Assembly: GCA_965644295.1 (NCBI GenBank)
Contig: CBFFRP010000362.1
Location: 124,001 to 188,000 of the forward strand
Origin: Paraphysomonas bandaiensis
Lineage: Eukaryota > Protista > Chrysophyceae
Length of the DNA stretch: 64,000 nucleotides
Direction of reading: 5' to 3'
Positions 61,901 to 64,000 of this stretch are shown here, one piece after another. The translations under genes were made by a program, and so were the position numbers. The notes below the pieces were generated by a model. It was not told the DNA's origin. It saw nothing but the letters and a program-made list of their open reading frames with translations, and did no database searches. The first letter of the stretch is position 1. Every line of letters starts with the position of its first letter.

Positions 61901-63227
61901 AAGCTCTGATCAACCCCAGAGTAATGTGGTGTCAGTTATTCTTAGTGCTCTATCACAAGTTATGTATAAGGCAGAGTTCAACGCACAAGCTTTAGCAATT
62001 GCGCTGTCTGGACTGCGTGACAAAAATAGCGAACATGCTTCGGTTCGAAAAGTAGTGAAAGCTCTGGGGAAATTAGTTGAACGTGCTCCGCCTGGAGAAA
62101 TGACTCTTCAGCAGTTGGCCATGGGTCTGTCTGGTCTCAACAAATGCAATCCATCCCATGTGGAGGTGGAAAGTCTGCTGGCTAGTCTTGTTCCTCTGTT
62201 CCACACATGTACAGATTCCGGGCGCATATCTGGGAAAGATGTACGCAACGTATTATTAGGGCTTAATATTACTGATTCAGGGCAGCATAAATGCTCTTTG
62301 GATTGTGTTAGTGACATTGTTGATGTAATTGCGGATGCGGTTCAGGATTGTGTTGACGACTGTGTATGGACTCCTGTGGATATTTCGAAGTCTATGAGTG
62401 CTTTGAAGTTTTTGGGTCATAAACCATTTTATTCCGATTCTTATTTTAAGCTTATGACTGCAATTCTGAATCACATGGACCGAATACCAGCCGAGCAATT
62501 CACACACCAAGATGTGTCTAAAGCTGCTACAGGCTTGCGCGAATTGCCTCCTCATCATCCCACAGTACAGATGTGCATTGACTGCTTCGCAGACAAGATG
62601 AAGTTATGCAAGGGCTCATTTAGTGGAACAGATATCAGCATTTTAGTAGTATTTGTGAGGCAGTTTTCGAATGAGTACAACGGCGTAGACGTTTTACATT
62701 CAGAAGTAGGTAGACGAATCAAAGCTAATGTTCACTTAACGTTCTCTGAAATTGCCGATATATCTTATCAGCTGAGGTATTGTCAGTGCACAGAAAATGT
62801 GTGCGAGATTATTATGCCATTGATTTCACGTCTTGATATGCTAACTCGTACACCCTGTTCAGAACCCCTAGCCGGGGCGGACATCTCTAAACTAGTATCT
62901 GGTGTTAGCAGCATGAGCTCAAATGAACAAGGAACTCGAGACTTTGCGCGTGCTCTTGTTGGTGTACTGGATTGGTGTGGTGATATTTCAATAACGAGCT
63001 CGGATGTAGGCAGAATGTTTCAGGCCCTGCGGTGTATGAAGTCAGACAATGAGGAGTCATTAATGCTTCTCACGAGGATTACCGACTGTTTAAAACGCCA
63101 TCCAGATATGAAGTTCAATAGTGATGAGTTATATAGTGCATTGCAAGGATTGCAGAATATGTCCAGGAGCGTTGGTATCGTTCAGTCAGCTGCAGATATG
63201 ATAGAGGAAGCATCTTCCTGGGATTGA
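58914..63227 (+). CDS. Large alpha-helical repeat protein (~40-41-aa repeats), probably organelle-targeted
   Basis: Intronless ORF from first ATG 58914; repeats such as AIYGLTSMTSDYPEVRKYISAL and ALIGLRGLKSEHDEVRVLIRAL; basic, Ser-rich N-terminus. Confidence 0.8.
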   Translation: MISNLYKRSAAQRLGITAALRLSSLPTKSVHLKHCVDISVKENIKVVKVFPSHEDIDTGQSRAVTMQRMKVKSLDLCINEVLDSMDGKDWIGSLQRLVLFHSDMRCDDTQRALDVLLSKLRKNSHGFTLHDFCLGFSGLEKLHSAGVDVSQCSEALSECTSRYQCSSQYAIDGNGLARLVNSLQILSGTLPGSRVLVKKIAEEVNASTAQWSVKQLGISLAGLQNLSNKHAEVRSLIEAIVQHCDTHKLRIDGPLPHDAFVCFRNMSTVCPEISSLVKLLTNIVVVAPNCLAHPTPKTICEDILPHITNLPQNDPSVSRLHDVLCASISSSIEVHRNPRHLSISGISNTLDCLNDMCISSENLRTLLVFLCGQIKDSKGAVTDALIKSSFRILSHKNVSPEVSYTILEAINHKLRLFLDDHADANLARARLPFPFTSEACAAVCGSMHVMTSRKEVVQETLFTLARLMECTQSKHLGTSSMLHAIAGLHEMNAVHPGVSDFLYMISNKLRCSISIKPPHEVTVENVVNAFRGLQRVHNPDGSVHDLYTVLVDWLNKVTSPDVSGNRPVMTKQQMYAVLRSILPKVDSRTPCLRVLVDTLLSTVDITTSPPVGDSESIWRVVSALNKLHSSHPSMHPLINVVASDLRKSDTLPSTLDVEFFAYGLRGLNSNRAEARNLLRSLSTKLQVYDGAINPKRLPIVLQGMSYMNSDHIEVRKYICALTPLLQRLPPLSVPLRDIEHSIHSLRNLSSEHEEVTLLVQSLVNVLSTDSRYGRNIVADSLLGFQRLNLAHPAVAKLFELVLEAVEDPNADVKFNYLVTSLRGLAGFNSTCNSVRRMVNALASILNSSDSEIPLRHLCGAIYGLTSMTSDYPEVRKYISALSDKLTYHCSGKLTSADVDKALIGLRGLKSEHDEVRVLIRALLPRLEVCNESGSADYLGPCIYGVQNMSVEYEEVRDLLMFLAHRVRRSQGSMSMASIANSLFAIRHMGLHSSHLESSDQPQSNVVSVILSALSQVMYKAEFNAQALAIALSGLRDKNSEHASVRKVVKALGKLVERAPPGEMTLQQLAMGLSGLNKCNPSHVEVESLLASLVPLFHTCTDSGRISGKDVRNVLLGLNITDSGQHKCSLDCVSDIVDVIADAVQDCVDDCVWTPVDISKSMSALKFLGHKPFYSDSYFKLMTAILNHMDRIPAEQFTHQDVSKAATGLRELPPHHPTVQMCIDCFADKMKLCKGSFSGTDISILVVFVRQFSNEYNGVDVLHSEVGRRIKANVHLTFSEIADISYQLRYCQCTENVCEIIMPLISRLDMLTRTPCSEPLAGADISKLVSGVSSMSSNEQGTRDFARALVGVLDWCGDISITSSDVGRMFQALRCMKSDNEESLMLLTRITDCLKRHPDMKFNSDELYSALQGLQNMSRSVGIVQSAADMIEEASSWD

Positions 63228-63632
63228 TACTATCAGACTTCGTTATGTTATTTTTGTTCTTAACATATTGGTGTATAAAGCTATCTTTAGTATAAATAAT
63301 ATATTCTATTTTTTTATTTACAATCCGTATGATGCAGTGACGAGTTTGGAATTTTTCGTCTCATCATGAGTAGCACCAAGGGTATCGTATCTATTTTATT
63401 TTACTCTACGAAACACGGAATGACCTTATGCTCGAGTCTATACGTATTGAAAACACACCTTTTGTGCGCAACACAATGTAGTACCGATAATCTGGGTGGT
63501 GGATTGACTGCTCTGTACTGTTTCCATCCAACGACAGGTGTTGGTCCGCTACGTACCACAGGCACCACTCTAGATCTCTAGATAAGAGCTTCACTACTAT
63601 ATTTAATTAGGTCTTCAACATCATGAGAATAG

Positions 63633-63794
63633 GTAGTAGTAAATGTCTTATTATTAGCAATGGGTGTTTATGACTCAAGACTACTTTAGAATTGCACTTT
63701 AACTAACTAGTGCTTAACTCTGATATCCTATTCTTTAACGATACAAAAGCTGATTGTGCGTCACCGCAAGCACCAGGGTGCAACCACTCTCGCT
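63633..63794 (-). mobile_element. 5'-truncated copy of the LINE/SINE 3' end
   Basis: Reverse complement of the GCACC..GGTGC/GCTTG..C hairpin region and GACATTTACTACTAC tail. Confidence 0.7.
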
Positions 63795-64000
63795 TTGCAA
63801 ACCTAGATACATAGGTACAAGAAGTATCGTCTTTAAGTAATATTAGTCAAACATGGGGGAAAAGAATCCCACGATTTTTATGCGGTATATGCAGATATAC
63901 GGTATATGGCCGGAGAGTATATTCTTGAATTCTCGACACATAATTACAGAGTTGATACATATATATATATACTGCACACTGTCTTGTTTAAAAAATTCAA

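Overview
Eukaryotic nuclear DNA with short GT-AG introns (mostly about 50-65 nt), probably from a stramenopile/ochrophyte (inference). Host genes: a >3,180-aa ZNFX1-type helicase/E3 fused to ankyrin and three CbbX/SpoVK-type AAA+ domains, a GRK-like kinase, a RING/B-box/multi-KH protein, an intron-containing tRNA-Met, a GDPD phosphodiesterase, a small orphan with a caspase-fold His/Cys signature, sphingolipid delta-4 desaturase, SMC1, DAP3/mS29, a sulfotransferase and a large helical-repeat protein. Mobile DNA is dense: a 2.8-kb foldback element, a Copia with identical LTRs carrying a scrambled Gypsy and a 40-bp LINE tip, hAT relics, and an RNase H-bearing LINE. That LINE shares its 3' end with a ~500-bp non-autonomous family whose 5' end may fold as an HDV-like ribozyme, and one LINE copy sits between 794-bp direct repeats that duplicate the end of SMC1. 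All alignments and splice models were made by eye.
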